This document shows, piece after piece, positions 1 through 8,862 of a DNA stretch of 60,041 bases. This DNA is from a virus. Lineage: Duplodnaviria > Caudoviricetes. Position numbers and translations under genes: made by a program. The stretch is from positions 1 to 60,041 of IMG/VR virus record IMGVR_UViG_3300033155_000947; one strand, given 5' to 3'. The stretch's first letter is position 1. Each line of letters begins with the position of its first letter. Under the pieces are notes generated by a model, which saw only the letters and a program-made list of their open reading frames with translations, ran no database searches and had not been told where the DNA came from.

Positions 1-2
1 CC

Positions 3-224
3 GCCCAGCTCTTAGAGTTACGGTTCTCGCGTGCTGGTGGAGCTACGCAGACCGCGCTCGTACTGTACCGCAGAGACAACGAGATAATGCCCTACGTGGT
101 GCATACGTACGTAACCGTCTTGAACGAGGACGAAGCCCACTTAATCCACGGCCACTACTGCGAGACAGAAGAGCTCGCGCGCAAAGTGTTTGCGCGCCTA
201 ACCGCACCGCGCCGTACGAGATAA
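3..224 (+). CDS. 5'-truncated hypothetical protein
   Basis: Open frame from the window edge to TAA 222-224 (...MPYVVHTYV...GHYCETEELARKVFARL...). Confidence 0.5.
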   Translation, partial: AQLLELRFSRAGGATQTALVLYRRDNEIMPYVVHTYVTVLNEDEAHLIHGHYCETEELARKVFARLTAPRRTR

Positions 225-333
225 GTGACCTAATGCCTTTAACCCGCGCCCGCCTTACGAAGTTACTCGAAGACGTCTTTGAAGACCTCGTATATCCGGC
301 TGTAATAGAAGTAAAGGTAATGAAGGAAACAAC

Positions 334-537
334 TTGACCCCTCGTACAGTCCTCTACTCCGTGGTCGAAGAGCCAATCAAGCCCGGTTACTCGTCTACCG
401 TATACACTACAACCTGCCTAGACGATGCGTACGCAGTGCGGGCAGAGCGTAACGCAACTGCCCGCGATAAAGACGCAGAACTGTTTTACTGGGTACGCTC
501 CCAAACCGTCACCGACAAGGAACAACCATGGCAATAG
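334..537 (+). CDS. hypothetical protein
   Basis: ORF track; overlaps the next gene as in a coupled operon. Confidence 0.55.
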   Translation: MTPRTVLYSVVEEPIKPGYSSTVYTTTCLDDAYAVRAERNATARDKDAELFYWVRSQTVTDKEQPWQ

Positions 538-788
538 ACTACAACGACATCGAAGACACCATTAAGCGAATATTAGCGGACGATGCAGGGTGCGCGGACT
601 ACACAGAGATACGCGGATCAATGCTGATCCCCTTCGAGCTCCCGTACAACGCGTTGAGCTGGTACGACTTCGTAGACCGTGTGCAGGAAGTACTAGCGGA
701 TTACGACACCTACGTAACCCTTGACCATCACTTTCGGACTACGTCCGTCGGGCGCTTCATAGAATACGTACAGAAACGTGCCGTCTGA
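528..788 (+). CDS. acyl carrier protein-like protein lacking the DSL serine
   Basis: 86 aa acidic; [11 protein letters not shown]...[12 protein letters not shown]...[10 protein letters not shown] follows the ACP pattern, with NAL at the DSL position. Confidence 0.55.
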   Translation: MAIDYNDIEDTIKRILADDAGCADYTEIRGSMLIPFELPYNALSWYDFVDRVQEVLADYDTYVTLDHHFRTTSVGRFIEYVQKRAV

Positions 789-790
789 CA

Positions 791-817
791 CCCCCGCACC
801 CCCGCACCCCCGCACCC
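791..817. repeat. tandem 8-bp repeat (CCCCCGCA)x3
   Basis: Read directly; intergenic, upstream of thyA. Confidence 0.9.
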
Positions 818-853
818 TTCTCACACCCGCACACTAACGACCGGCTAAATCAT

Positions 854-1648
854 ATGCAACAATACCTCGACCTACTGCAGGACGTAATCGACAACGGAAT
901 CCAACGACCCGACCGCACAGGCACAGGCACCCGCTCTGTATTCGGACGGCAAGTCCGTTTCGACCTCGCCCAAGGGTTCCCGCTCCTCACTACAAAGAAG
1001 CTGTACACCCGTGCCATCACACACGAACTGTTATGGTTCTTGGCAGGCGACACTAACGTCAAATACCTGCAGGACAACAACGTGAAAATATGGGATTCTT
1101 GGGCAGGCAAAGACGGAGAGCTCGGCCCTGTCTACGGCAAGCAATGGCGAAGCTGGTCAACCCCGTCCGGCAAGGCTATCGACCAGATGCAGGAGGTGGT
1201 CACCGCCTTGCGCGACAACCCTGACGGGCGTCGCCACATCGTCACAGCATGGAACCCCGCAGACGTCCCGCAGATGGCACTACCACCCTGCCACTGCCTC
1301 TTTCAGTTTTATGTCGCCGACGGCAAACTCTCCTGCCAGCTCTACCAACGATCGGCTGACATATTCCTCGGAGTACCGTTTAACATTGCCAGCTATGCTA
1401 TGCTGACGCAGATGGTGGCGCAAGTCTGTGGGCTCCAACTCGGAGACTTCGTCCACACGTTCGGAGACCTCCACCTCTACAACAACCACGTCGACCAAGC
1501 ACGTGAACAACTTACACGACAACCGAAGGCGTTACCTAGCCTACACCTCAACCAGCAGGTAACCGACTTGTTCGCGTTCACGTACGACGACATCAGAGTC
1601 GATGACTACACAGCACATCCAAGTATTAAAGCACCTATCGCAGTATAG
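854..1648 (+). CDS. thyA: thymidylate synthase
   Basis: [39 protein letters not shown]-terminal IAV; 264 aa. Confidence 0.98.
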   Translation: MQQYLDLLQDVIDNGIQRPDRTGTGTRSVFGRQVRFDLAQGFPLLTTKKLYTRAITHELLWFLAGDTNVKYLQDNNVKIWDSWAGKDGELGPVYGKQWRSWSTPSGKAIDQMQEVVTALRDNPDGRRHIVTAWNPADVPQMALPPCHCLFQFYVADGKLSCQLYQRSADIFLGVPFNIASYAMLTQMVAQVCGLQLGDFVHTFGDLHLYNNHVDQAREQLTRQPKALPSLHLNQQVTDLFAFTYDDIRVDDYTAHPSIKAPIAV

Positions 1649-1650
1649 TG

Positions 1651-1679
1651 TTGACACAACACGGCTAAGTGTGTAAACT
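1651..1679 (+). promoter_or_regulatory. early sigma70-type promoter
   Basis: TTGACA-N17-TAAACT with AAGTGTG before the -10. Confidence 0.8.
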
Positions 1680-1714
1680 ATACCCTACCTCATACACGCC
1701 CCACGGAGCACTAC

Positions 1715-2080
1715 ATGCAACAGACGACCGCCTATGAATCCTCTGACGGTACCCTCTTTCGAACAGAGCAGGGTGCCCGCGAACACGAAGCCTTATTCAC
1801 GGTACGTGACGTGGTGAACGCACTATCCGCAATCCAACACCCTGTCGGAAGTGATGACTTTATGCGAGAGGCGCTGATCATCCTAGCCGACCACGCGGAT
1901 CGTATAACAGTGGTGAAGAAGTACCGCTACCTACGCGAGGGAGAGGCGCTGATCACACCCCCTGCGACCCCCGCAGAACAGGGCGGAACGTACCGGCTTC
2001 CTACGCCTGACACAGACGCCCTTGCGGGTGAGACGACTAACGCACCACACCCCGCGACGAATCCCGGCAACCTACTATGA
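1715..2080 (+). CDS. hypothetical protein
   Basis: GGAG RBS; N-terminal YESSDGTLFRTE..A..HE motif common in small phage proteins. Confidence 0.7.
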   Translation: MQQTTAYESSDGTLFRTEQGAREHEALFTVRDVVNALSAIQHPVGSDDFMREALIILADHADRITVVKKYRYLREGEALITPPATPAEQGGTYRLPTPDTDALAGETTNAPHPATNPGNLL

Positions 2081-2301
2081 AGAACGCCTTCCACGACGCA
2101 ATGCAGGCAATAGCCTCCGCAAAGACGCCCACCGACAGGCCTCTTACCATAGAAGCACTTGCGGAATGTGAAGACCGTTGTGAGCCTAACCCCACAGCTA
2201 AAGAGCGCGCAGAAGCGCGAAAGCTCCGAGCAGATCCGCACGGGTACCGCAGGCGACAAGCACTACGTAAGCGAAGACGCAATAAGCGCAGACACCCTTA
2301 A
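2077..2301 (+). CDS. hypothetical basic protein
   Basis: ATGA overlap with the previous gene; Arg/Lys-rich tail. Confidence 0.55.
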   Translation: MKNAFHDAMQAIASAKTPTDRPLTIEALAECEDRCEPNPTAKERAEARKLRADPHGYRRRQALRKRRRNKRRHP

Positions 2302-2344
2302 CCCCTTTACACCACTTTACACCACTTTACACCACTTTACACCA
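2301..2344. repeat. tandem 10-bp repeat (ACCACTTTAC)x3 plus one degenerate copy
   Basis: Read directly; fills the intergenic gap up to ATG 2344. Confidence 0.9.
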
Positions 2345-3060
2345 TGACCGTACCTACATCTACAGAAGTAATTACACCGATCCTGACGCCTGAGCTTCAC
2401 GATCTATTCGACCACATCGTCAAAACCGTCTCCCGCTGGAACCGCGCCTTTGGCCTAGGGTCTGCGTACAACGCAGACATGCGTTTGGCTATCGAAGGCG
2501 AGGAAGTACTGGAGCTGGCACGTGCAGGCACCACTACAGACATGGCCGACGCTATTGGCGACGTACTGTGGACACACGCAGGAAGTGTGATAGACTTTGA
2601 GATTGAAGGCGGGGTACTGGACTACCTAGGTGCAGTAACCACAGGCTTAGAGGATGTATCCATCGACGACAACTCAGGCACCGGCTGTGATGTCTGTGCC
2701 CTGACCATCATGGGCATGATCTCCCGTGGGTTGATTTACGGAGCGCTGGCAGACAAACAGCCTAACTACTTAACACCCGCCACCGAGACCATGGCAGGCG
2801 CCGCTATCTACATGCTGGTGAAGTTTTCTGAGACGTTCGACACGTCTACGCTTAGGCGCATCTTCGGAGAGGTGTCACGTACAAACTTTGCTAAGCTATG
2901 GACAGAAGCCGAGCTAGCCGACCTCCCGACAGACTGGACGGTCGCACAGGCTACGCGCGTTAAGTATGTGGTAAAGAACAAGCACGGTAAGATTATGAAG
3001 CCCGCCTCATGGGCGGCACCCGACTTCAGCTTCGCAGTCTGCCAAAACGCTACGGCATAA
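2344..3060 (+). CDS. MazG-like / PRA-PH-family NTP pyrophosphohydrolase
   Basis: EGEEVLEL, DMADAIGDVLW, EVSRTNFAKL, GKIMKPASWAAPD. Confidence 0.8.
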   Translation: MTVPTSTEVITPILTPELHDLFDHIVKTVSRWNRAFGLGSAYNADMRLAIEGEEVLELARAGTTTDMADAIGDVLWTHAGSVIDFEIEGGVLDYLGAVTTGLEDVSIDDNSGTGCDVCALTIMGMISRGLIYGALADKQPNYLTPATETMAGAAIYMLVKFSETFDTSTLRRIFGEVSRTNFAKLWTEAELADLPTDWTVAQATRVKYVVKNKHGKIMKPASWAAPDFSFAVCQNATA

Positions 3061-3187
3061 CAGATAACGGTTACTGGGGGTATGGTGTTCTCAGTAACCG
3101 CACAGCGAGGTTTATTCAGCTTCGTTGGAGTACCGCACAGATGAAACATGCTATGCGGTGCCTTACACACCACTACGTTAGGAAGCC

Positions 3188-3463
3188 ATGGCCGAACCTC
3201 GTAAACAGTATTTAATAGACGAAGGGTGCGACGAACAGACGCTCTTCCTACCTCCCGAGTACGACGGAGCTATCCTAGGCATAGCCGACACAGGCTCTGG
3301 CGTATGGGTGGGCGTCTACGACCGCACCAAAGTACTGCAGGTACTACAGATCGGGCTAAGCGTGCAGGACGCGCTCGAGTATTACGAGTACAACATAGCG
3401 GGCGCGTACATGGGTGAGCACACTCCCCTCTTTGTGGACACGCTACCCGCAGACCTGTCATAA
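3188..3463 (+). CDS. conserved phage hypothetical protein
   Basis: YDGAILG...YDRTKV...EYYEYNIAGAYMGEHTPLFV, a recurrent phage family of unknown function. Confidence 0.75.
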   Translation: MAEPRKQYLIDEGCDEQTLFLPPEYDGAILGIADTGSGVWVGVYDRTKVLQVLQIGLSVQDALEYYEYNIAGAYMGEHTPLFVDTLPADLS

Positions 3464-3470
3464 TACGAGT

Positions 3471-3731
3471 ATGAATCGAACCATCCTTTATACCGTACTT
3501 ACACGACCGAAGGCACACAACACATCTAAAGCGTTGCAGGCGCAACAACGACAGGCACTACGTTTGGTGCAGGTGGTACGCACCGAGTCACCTACTGCGT
3601 TCGAGCGCAGGTGTCGATCGCTCGCCTACATCTTCCAGCTGTCACCCGACAACTGGTTATGCCTCGCGTCTGACGCACAGTACTGGGCAAAGCAAGAAGA
3701 CCACGCACAGGCATGGGAAAGCTCCGTCTAG
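3471..3731 (+). CDS. hypothetical protein
   Basis: ORF 3414..3731; ATG 3471 follows the previous stop. Confidence 0.5.
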   Translation: MNRTILYTVLTRPKAHNTSKALQAQQRQALRLVQVVRTESPTAFERRCRSLAYIFQLSPDNWLCLASDAQYWAKQEDHAQAWESSV

Positions 3732-3737
3732 CACAAT

Positions 3738-3873
3738 GTGACAGTTTGTCACCCGAACCACAACCGTACAACTATAAATATACGAAAAAGTATATAAAGC
3801 GCTTGACAACTGTTATCGAAGTGTGTAAACTGCGAGGGTAAACAGCTTTCACCCTCATACCGAGAACATCATG
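3738..3873 (+). promoter_or_regulatory. composite promoter cassette copy 1 (palindrome, TATAC-GAAAAA-GTATA inverted repeat, TTGACA/TAAACT promoter, RBS)
   Basis: GTGACAGTTTGTCAC 3738-3752; TTGACA 3803, N17, TAAACT 3826; homologous to cassettes at 7095, 12821, 16675. Confidence 0.85.
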
Positions 3874-4018
3874 CCCGACACAACGACCGACACCCGTAAC
3901 ATACGCGACGGAGTACGACAAGGCGGAAGCACAGTACCAAGAAGCGCTAGCAGGCCTAACCCACGCTATCGAACACTTACGCAAAATCAGCAAACGACAG
4001 TAAAGGAAACGGTACCCG

Positions 4019-4135
4019 ATGACCGATAAGATCATTAGAGTCGACAAGAAGACGATGGAGAAGCTCCGCGCGTCCCTGCGTAAGACCCCAAAACCCTCGC
4101 GTGCGCTCATAGAGCTGATGAAGCGCGCGAAATAA
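4019..4135 (+). CDS. 38-aa protein resembling the C-terminal part of DUF1778 (TacA/AtaR) antitoxins
   Basis: Hand translation MTDKIIRVDKKTMEKLRASLRKTPKPSRALIELMKRAK; AAGGA upstream; too short for the ORF track. Confidence 0.55.
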   Translation: MTDKIIRVDKKTMEKLRASLRKTPKPSRALIELMKRAK

Positions 4136-4154
4136 CCCTCTAACCGAGAACACC

Positions 4155-4751
4155 ATGACACCTCGACAATTCAATCTAATACTGTTTACAATCTTCACAG
4201 CCTTGCTCGTGCAGTTTATTATCCGACAGCCACTACGTAAGCAGAGAGCGCGCGTAACCGAAATAGAAGAGCGGGTAACCAACCTAGAAGAAGTCGTAAC
4301 CGTCATCACCCTCACAGCAGTACGCCACAGACCTGCACCAGCACCTACGGTACAACCAGCACCCACGTCAGCAGTCGACAGCGCTCGGGCAGTCCACGCA
4401 CTGTTACTCGCATCTATCCAGATACAAGAGACAGGCGGAGAAGCCGACCCCGCACAGGCGGTAACCAACAACGGAAGAGATTGCGGATGGTATCAAATAT
4501 GCCCCGCCTATTACGCGGACGCAGTCGACAGCAGTCTAGGACGTACGGTAGACTGGCCTACGTACGAACAGGCGGTAACCAGCAGAGTATGGAGCGAACG
4601 GCTCGTGGTCTGCTACTGGAGCCGGTACGCGGTACCAGCCCGACAAGGCGACAGCGACCAAGCACGGGCACGTATCAATAACGGAGGCCCACAAGGACAT
4701 AAGCATAACGCCACACTTAAATACTGGGCAGAGGTTCAGTCACGTCTGTAA
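4155..4751 (+). CDS. lysozyme-fold muramidase (i-type/destabilase-like) with N-terminal membrane anchor; candidate endolysin
   Basis: Hydrophobic N-terminus; IQETGG, DCGWYQI..YYADA, ARINNGGPQG...TLKYW. Confidence 0.8.
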   Translation: MTPRQFNLILFTIFTALLVQFIIRQPLRKQRARVTEIEERVTNLEEVVTVITLTAVRHRPAPAPTVQPAPTSAVDSARAVHALLLASIQIQETGGEADPAQAVTNNGRDCGWYQICPAYYADAVDSSLGRTVDWPTYEQAVTSRVWSERLVVCYWSRYAVPARQGDSDQARARINNGGPQGHKHNATLKYWAEVQSRL

Positions 4752-5307
4752 CAGGCTCAGGCGTAGGATCGACCTCGCCCGCAACATCAGCCACTACAGA
4801 GTCACGCTCAGCCTGCGCAGTAACCAACCGCTCCCAATAAGGAGTAGGCTTTCCCCACCGGTCAACCGCATCAGTATGACCCTGACGAATTAACTCCTCC
4901 TGCACCAACAGACCATCAGCAGTCCACACCCACACAAGCAACCGACCGTACACATCTTTATCATCACCGCCCGCAAACTCAATACGAACCGAATCAGACA
5001 TCAACTCCGACAGCGCAACCTTAGCCTGTTCATAACCATCTTGCCCACGCTCAGGAGTATCAATCCCAACCAAACGCAAATCAGTAGACTGCAGAGGCGG
5101 ATCATACAGGACACGACCGGTGTCACCGTCAACAGCTTTGATAACTTCGGTAACCAACGGGTCGGCCACCACTACAGTTATGTTAGATCCATCGGAAGAA
5201 CGAAGTATGTTAACACCGGTACCACCACCGGCACCAATCAACAGACACAGGACGGGAAGTACAGCACGGTTTTTACGAGTACGAACAGGGAGGGTATTAT
5301 CAGACAT
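4717..5307 (-). CDS. thermonuclease (SNase family) with N-terminal hydrophobic anchor
   Basis: VDGDT, LRLVGIDTPE, DKDVYGRLL, QEELIRQG; start at the internal Met (MSDNTL) avoids overlap with the methylase. Confidence 0.9.
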   Translation of the reverse strand: MSDNTLPVRTRKNRAVLPVLCLLIGAGGGTGVNILRSSDGSNITVVVADPLVTEVIKAVDGDTGRVLYDPPLQSTDLRLVGIDTPERGQDGYEQAKVALSELMSDSVRIEFAGGDDKDVYGRLLVWVWTADGLLVQEELIRQGHTDAVDRWGKPTPYWERLVTAQAERDSVVADVAGEVDPTPEPVTDVTEPLPSI

Positions 5308-5371
5308 AAAGCACCTACACGGGTTAGAGGAACATACAGTATACCAGACGGAATAGCAGAGGAATCGCAAT

Positions 5372-6148
5372 ATGACGACACAGATAAGTAAGAACACGCT
5401 ACTACTCGGGGACTGCATCGAACAGATGTCGGAACTCCCTCCGAGCTCAGTTGACATGATACTGACAGACCCGCCTTACGGAACCACCCGATGTAAATGG
5501 GATACCGTCATACCGTTCGCACCCATGTGGGAACAGGTCAAGCGCCTAATAAAACCAAACGGAGCTATTGTAATAACCTCCGCTCAGCCGTTTACTACGT
5601 CTTTGATACACAGTAACCTGCCTATGTTCAGGTACTGCTGGGTATGGGAGAAGACACAGGCGACAGGCCACTTCAACGCCAAGAAGCGCCCGATGGTGGC
5701 ACACGAAGACGTCTGTGTGTTTTACAGCAGGCCGTGCCTGTACAACCCACAGAAAACGCAAGGACATAAGCCTATGAACCACTACACAAAGAAGAAGGAG
5801 GTGGTGAACCGATCCGAGGTATACGGAAAGGTCAGGCGAGACATGAGCGGAGGAGGCGAGACCAACCGTTACCCCCGCAGTGTACAGACGTTCGCAAGCG
5901 ACAAACAACGTAATAAATTAGACGGGACTATCCACCCCGCACAGAAACCCGTGGCTCTTTTGGAGTATCTGATACGAACGTACACTTACGAATGCGACAC
6001 AGTCTTAGACTTCTGCATGGGGAGCGGTACGACAGGGGTGGCGTGCCAAAACCTAAACCGTAAGTTTATAGGTATCGAGAACAATCAACGCTATTTTGAA
6101 CTAGCAGTAGACAGAATAGCAGACGACACCACACAGGACGGACGGTAA
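5372..6148 (+). CDS. DNA amino-methyltransferase (N6-A/N4-C, beta class)
   Basis: LTDPPY, HPAQKP, VLDFCMGSGTTG, FIGIE. Confidence 0.95.
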   Translation: MTTQISKNTLLLGDCIEQMSELPPSSVDMILTDPPYGTTRCKWDTVIPFAPMWEQVKRLIKPNGAIVITSAQPFTTSLIHSNLPMFRYCWVWEKTQATGHFNAKKRPMVAHEDVCVFYSRPCLYNPQKTQGHKPMNHYTKKKEVVNRSEVYGKVRRDMSGGGETNRYPRSVQTFASDKQRNKLDGTIHPAQKPVALLEYLIRTYTYECDTVLDFCMGSGTTGVACQNLNRKFIGIENNQRYFELAVDRIADDTTQDGR

Positions 6149-6244
6149 ATGCTACCATACGCGACGGCAGACCCGGACAGGTACCACCGTACACGAAAAC
6201 ACACGTACTACACAGATAAACCCTCTTTTTGAAACGGATAGACC

Positions 6245-6976
6245 ATGGACACAGAAGTAAACAGCATGAGCCCGACACTGCGGATTCTTACCGATACACA
6301 TGAACGGGTACAGAAACACCTGTTACGGCCTGAAAACAGCGATTATTCACTAGCACAGCTGTCAGACGCCTACCTGTGCCTGCCCGATTACCGACTACAT
6401 TCGCAGGCGGTTCCCCCGATCGTAGGTGATGTCGTAACCCTGCACCGCGACAGTGTCGTGCACTACGCAGGGGTTGAGACCCGCGCTTACGCGCATGACC
6501 TACACAACGTGCCTTTACACGTTGAAGAGATTGCGCGCCACGAACAACAGGTGGTATCGTACGAGCTCACAGGTGTTGACCGCGAAGGCAAGGATATAGC
6601 CTGCACATGCTGGGAGCGTCACGCGTTCTGTGTGGTACTCCGCCCGACCCTGACCTACGCGGACGTAACCTGTTGGTACGGTCACCGGCTTGTGCTAGAC
6701 GAACAGCACGAACAGCCTGCACGGGTACGGCACTTACAGACCGCGCTCGACCTACCGGTCTTACCTCCGCTGGCGATAGCGCATTCACAGACGCTACTAC
6801 GTGAGTACGGCAGTAACCTGCTGGATGTGATTCAGTACCGACCCGAAGAAGATAACAGCAGGGACTTGGCGACATTCTGCGCAGGCACCCACTTCGCACC
6901 TGCGACACCTCTACCCCGTCCGCTATTACTCGTACGTACCGTCCAAGGCGTTTATGAAGTCCCGCTCTGTCTGTAA
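6245..6976 (+). CDS. hypothetical protein
   Basis: 243-aa ORF on the coding strand. Confidence 0.7.
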   Translation: MDTEVNSMSPTLRILTDTHERVQKHLLRPENSDYSLAQLSDAYLCLPDYRLHSQAVPPIVGDVVTLHRDSVVHYAGVETRAYAHDLHNVPLHVEEIARHEQQVVSYELTGVDREGKDIACTCWERHAFCVVLRPTLTYADVTCWYGHRLVLDEQHEQPARVRHLQTALDLPVLPPLAIAHSQTLLREYGSNLLDVIQYRPEEDNSRDLATFCAGTHFAPATPLPRPLLLVRTVQGVYEVPLCL

Positions 6977-7094
6977 CTACTGCTCACACCCTTCCCCCGT
7001 CACCTCACTCGTACAGGCGCTGGCAGTCGACCGCAACATCATTGACGTCTGCCACAACTGCCTCGAAGCCCACTACAAAGCACGCGCTCACAAT

Positions 7095-7221
7095 GTGACA
7101 GTCTGTCACCCGAACCATAACCGTACAGATTTAAATATACGAAAAAGTATATAAACAGCTTGTAATATGTGCACCAACTGTGTAGAATACAGACTCCCCT
7201 GTTCTTAAGGAGAACACCATG
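7095..7221 (+). promoter_or_regulatory. composite promoter cassette copy 2
   Basis: GTGACAGTCTGTCAC 7095-7109; TATACGAAAAAGTATA; TTGTAA 7160-N17-TAGAAT; GGAGAACACCATG. Confidence 0.8.
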
Positions 7222-7959
7222 ACCGATAAGCCCGACACCAACACAGGCCACGCCAACCACGGGAACCGCAACAGCGGAAACCATAACGAGGGAGACCGCA
7301 ACAGCGGACAGAGTAATCACGGCTACCGTAATAGCGGACACTCCAATACGGGTAAGATCAACAGCGGTGATAGCAACCGCGGAGCGCGTAACACAGGCGA
7401 CAGCAACACTGGGAACTGCAATAGCGGGCACCTCAACACGGGAGACCGCAACAGCGGGGACTATAACTGCGGGTACAATAACGCCGGTGACTACAACAGG
7501 GGAGACCGTAACAACGGGTTCTTCAACGTCGGCACACCCGCCCCTACGTTCTTCGGTCAACCCACCTATATGTCGTGGGGGGAGGCACACAATCGGATAC
7601 CTGACATCGACCTGCCCGAAGTCTGTGAATGGGTTACGACCGCTAATATGACAAGCAAGGAGAGGGAGGCACACCCGTCACACACCACCACAGGTGGTTA
7701 CCTACGGTCACATGGTATGTCGTTAATCAAATCATTCCCGCTCGCGTGGGCTAAGATGACAGAAAAGGAGCGGGCGAAGTGGCGGGCACTACCGAACTTC
7801 TGCCCCGTCAAGTTTCTAACCATCACAGGCGTTGACCTACGCGCTACCGACCGCAAGGCCGAGATCCATGCCGAGCTGGACAAGCACCACGGGGCTATCA
7901 CCCGATCGCGTGCGGAGATCGAAGCGCTAGAAGCCGAGCTCGAGCACCTTACGAACTGA
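7219..7959 (+). CDS. N-x-G-x-x pentapeptide-repeat protein with C-terminal coiled coil
   Basis: Long run of NSGxx/NTGxx repeats ending NNGFFN, then TTGGYLR and ALPNFCPVKFLTITG. Confidence 0.85.
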   Translation: MTDKPDTNTGHANHGNRNSGNHNEGDRNSGQSNHGYRNSGHSNTGKINSGDSNRGARNTGDSNTGNCNSGHLNTGDRNSGDYNCGYNNAGDYNRGDRNNGFFNVGTPAPTFFGQPTYMSWGEAHNRIPDIDLPEVCEWVTTANMTSKEREAHPSHTTTGGYLRSHGMSLIKSFPLAWAKMTEKERAKWRALPNFCPVKFLTITGVDLRATDRKAEIHAELDKHHGAITRSRAEIEALEAELEHLTN

Positions 7960-7965
7960 CCTACT

Positions 7966-8244
7966 ATGCTATACACACTCGAAGACATCACCACCAACTC
8001 TGACGGCTACTGCGGGTACCTGCATGCTGACGGACAACGGATTGCCACCGTAACCGCAAGGCACGGCATGCTTCCGACCTGTAAGTTTGTCGACAACCAT
8101 GTACGTGAGGCACTACGGAGCCAACTCGCACAGATCATGGTGATCGAAGGCGGTCGCCTAACCCTACCCATGTTGGTCGATTCGCTTCGCGCAAGCAGTC
8201 TCTCCACCTCCGACACACCCTCCAAGGGTATCCAAATACCATGA
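7966..8244 (+). CDS. hypothetical protein
   Basis: ORF packed between neighbours. Confidence 0.6.
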   Translation: MLYTLEDITTNSDGYCGYLHADGQRIATVTARHGMLPTCKFVDNHVREALRSQLAQIMVIEGGRLTLPMLVDSLRASSLSTSDTPSKGIQIP

Positions 8245-8468
8245 AAACACGACTCCCTCGTAATCTGAAGGCGCTCCGTGAGCACCGCAATTACACCCAG
8301 CAACAGCTGGCCGACCGTGCGCAACTCCATGTAACGGCTATCAGCCAACTGGAATGCGGACGACACCTACCGTCGATCGTCAACCTCGTACGGCTGTCAC
8401 TGGCACTACGTTGCTCAGCCGACGCTCTCTTAACCGAAGACAACCCGATCGAGGGTCTGACCACGTGA
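8241..8468 (+). CDS. XRE-family helix-turn-helix regulator
   Basis: NLKALREHRNYTQQQLADR...ISQLECGRHLPS...LSLALRCSADALL. Confidence 0.92.
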   Translation: MKTRLPRNLKALREHRNYTQQQLADRAQLHVTAISQLECGRHLPSIVNLVRLSLALRCSADALLTEDNPIEGLTT

Positions 8469-8854
8469 AGTTAACCGCACAGCATATCGAAGCCTATCGC
8501 AGTTACCTGCATACCAAGCTCGGCACGGCAGACGTTGAGGCCTCGCGCATGCTCGACGAACTGGTACAGCAGTCACACCGGACGTACGACCTCGAGCGCG
8601 AGCTCAAGCTACAGAGCCACATGGCCGACCATGCTCAGCACAAAGACCAACGCAGGGTCGCCCGCAAGGGCACACAGACAGGGTACATGCGCTACCCCGT
8701 GTTGGTGACCGCACGTGAGCACGGCTATACATGGGACAAGATAGCCACCGTCTGTGAGGTACCGATCACAACCGTCTACCGTTGGAACGCACGCAAAGAC
8801 CGCCCCACCGCTCTCGCCATACTACGTCTCGCCCACCACCTCGAAACCACCTAA
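8465..8854 (+). CDS. protein with C-terminal helix-turn-helix
   Basis: GTG start overlapping the XRE stop; GYTWDKIATVCEVPITTVYRW. Confidence 0.65.
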   Translation: MKLTAQHIEAYRSYLHTKLGTADVEASRMLDELVQQSHRTYDLERELKLQSHMADHAQHKDQRRVARKGTQTGYMRYPVLVTAREHGYTWDKIATVCEVPITTVYRWNARKDRPTALAILRLAHHLETT

Positions 8855-8862
8855 GGAACATC

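Noticed and set aside
854-1648. thyA as a base-hypermodification enzyme (dCMP/dUMP hydroxymethylase)
   Set aside because: Sequence is canonical bacterial-type ThyA with the dUMP-specifying Asn (PFNIASY); no modification cluster is adjacent
3871-4029. Possible frameshifted gene after cassette 1
   Set aside because: The ATG frame gives a low-complexity 52-aa peptide while another frame looks more helical but has no start; cannot tell which is real
6954-7154. 66-aa ORF with two CxxC-like motifs
   Set aside because: Its 3' part runs through promoter cassette 2; may be a remnant, not called
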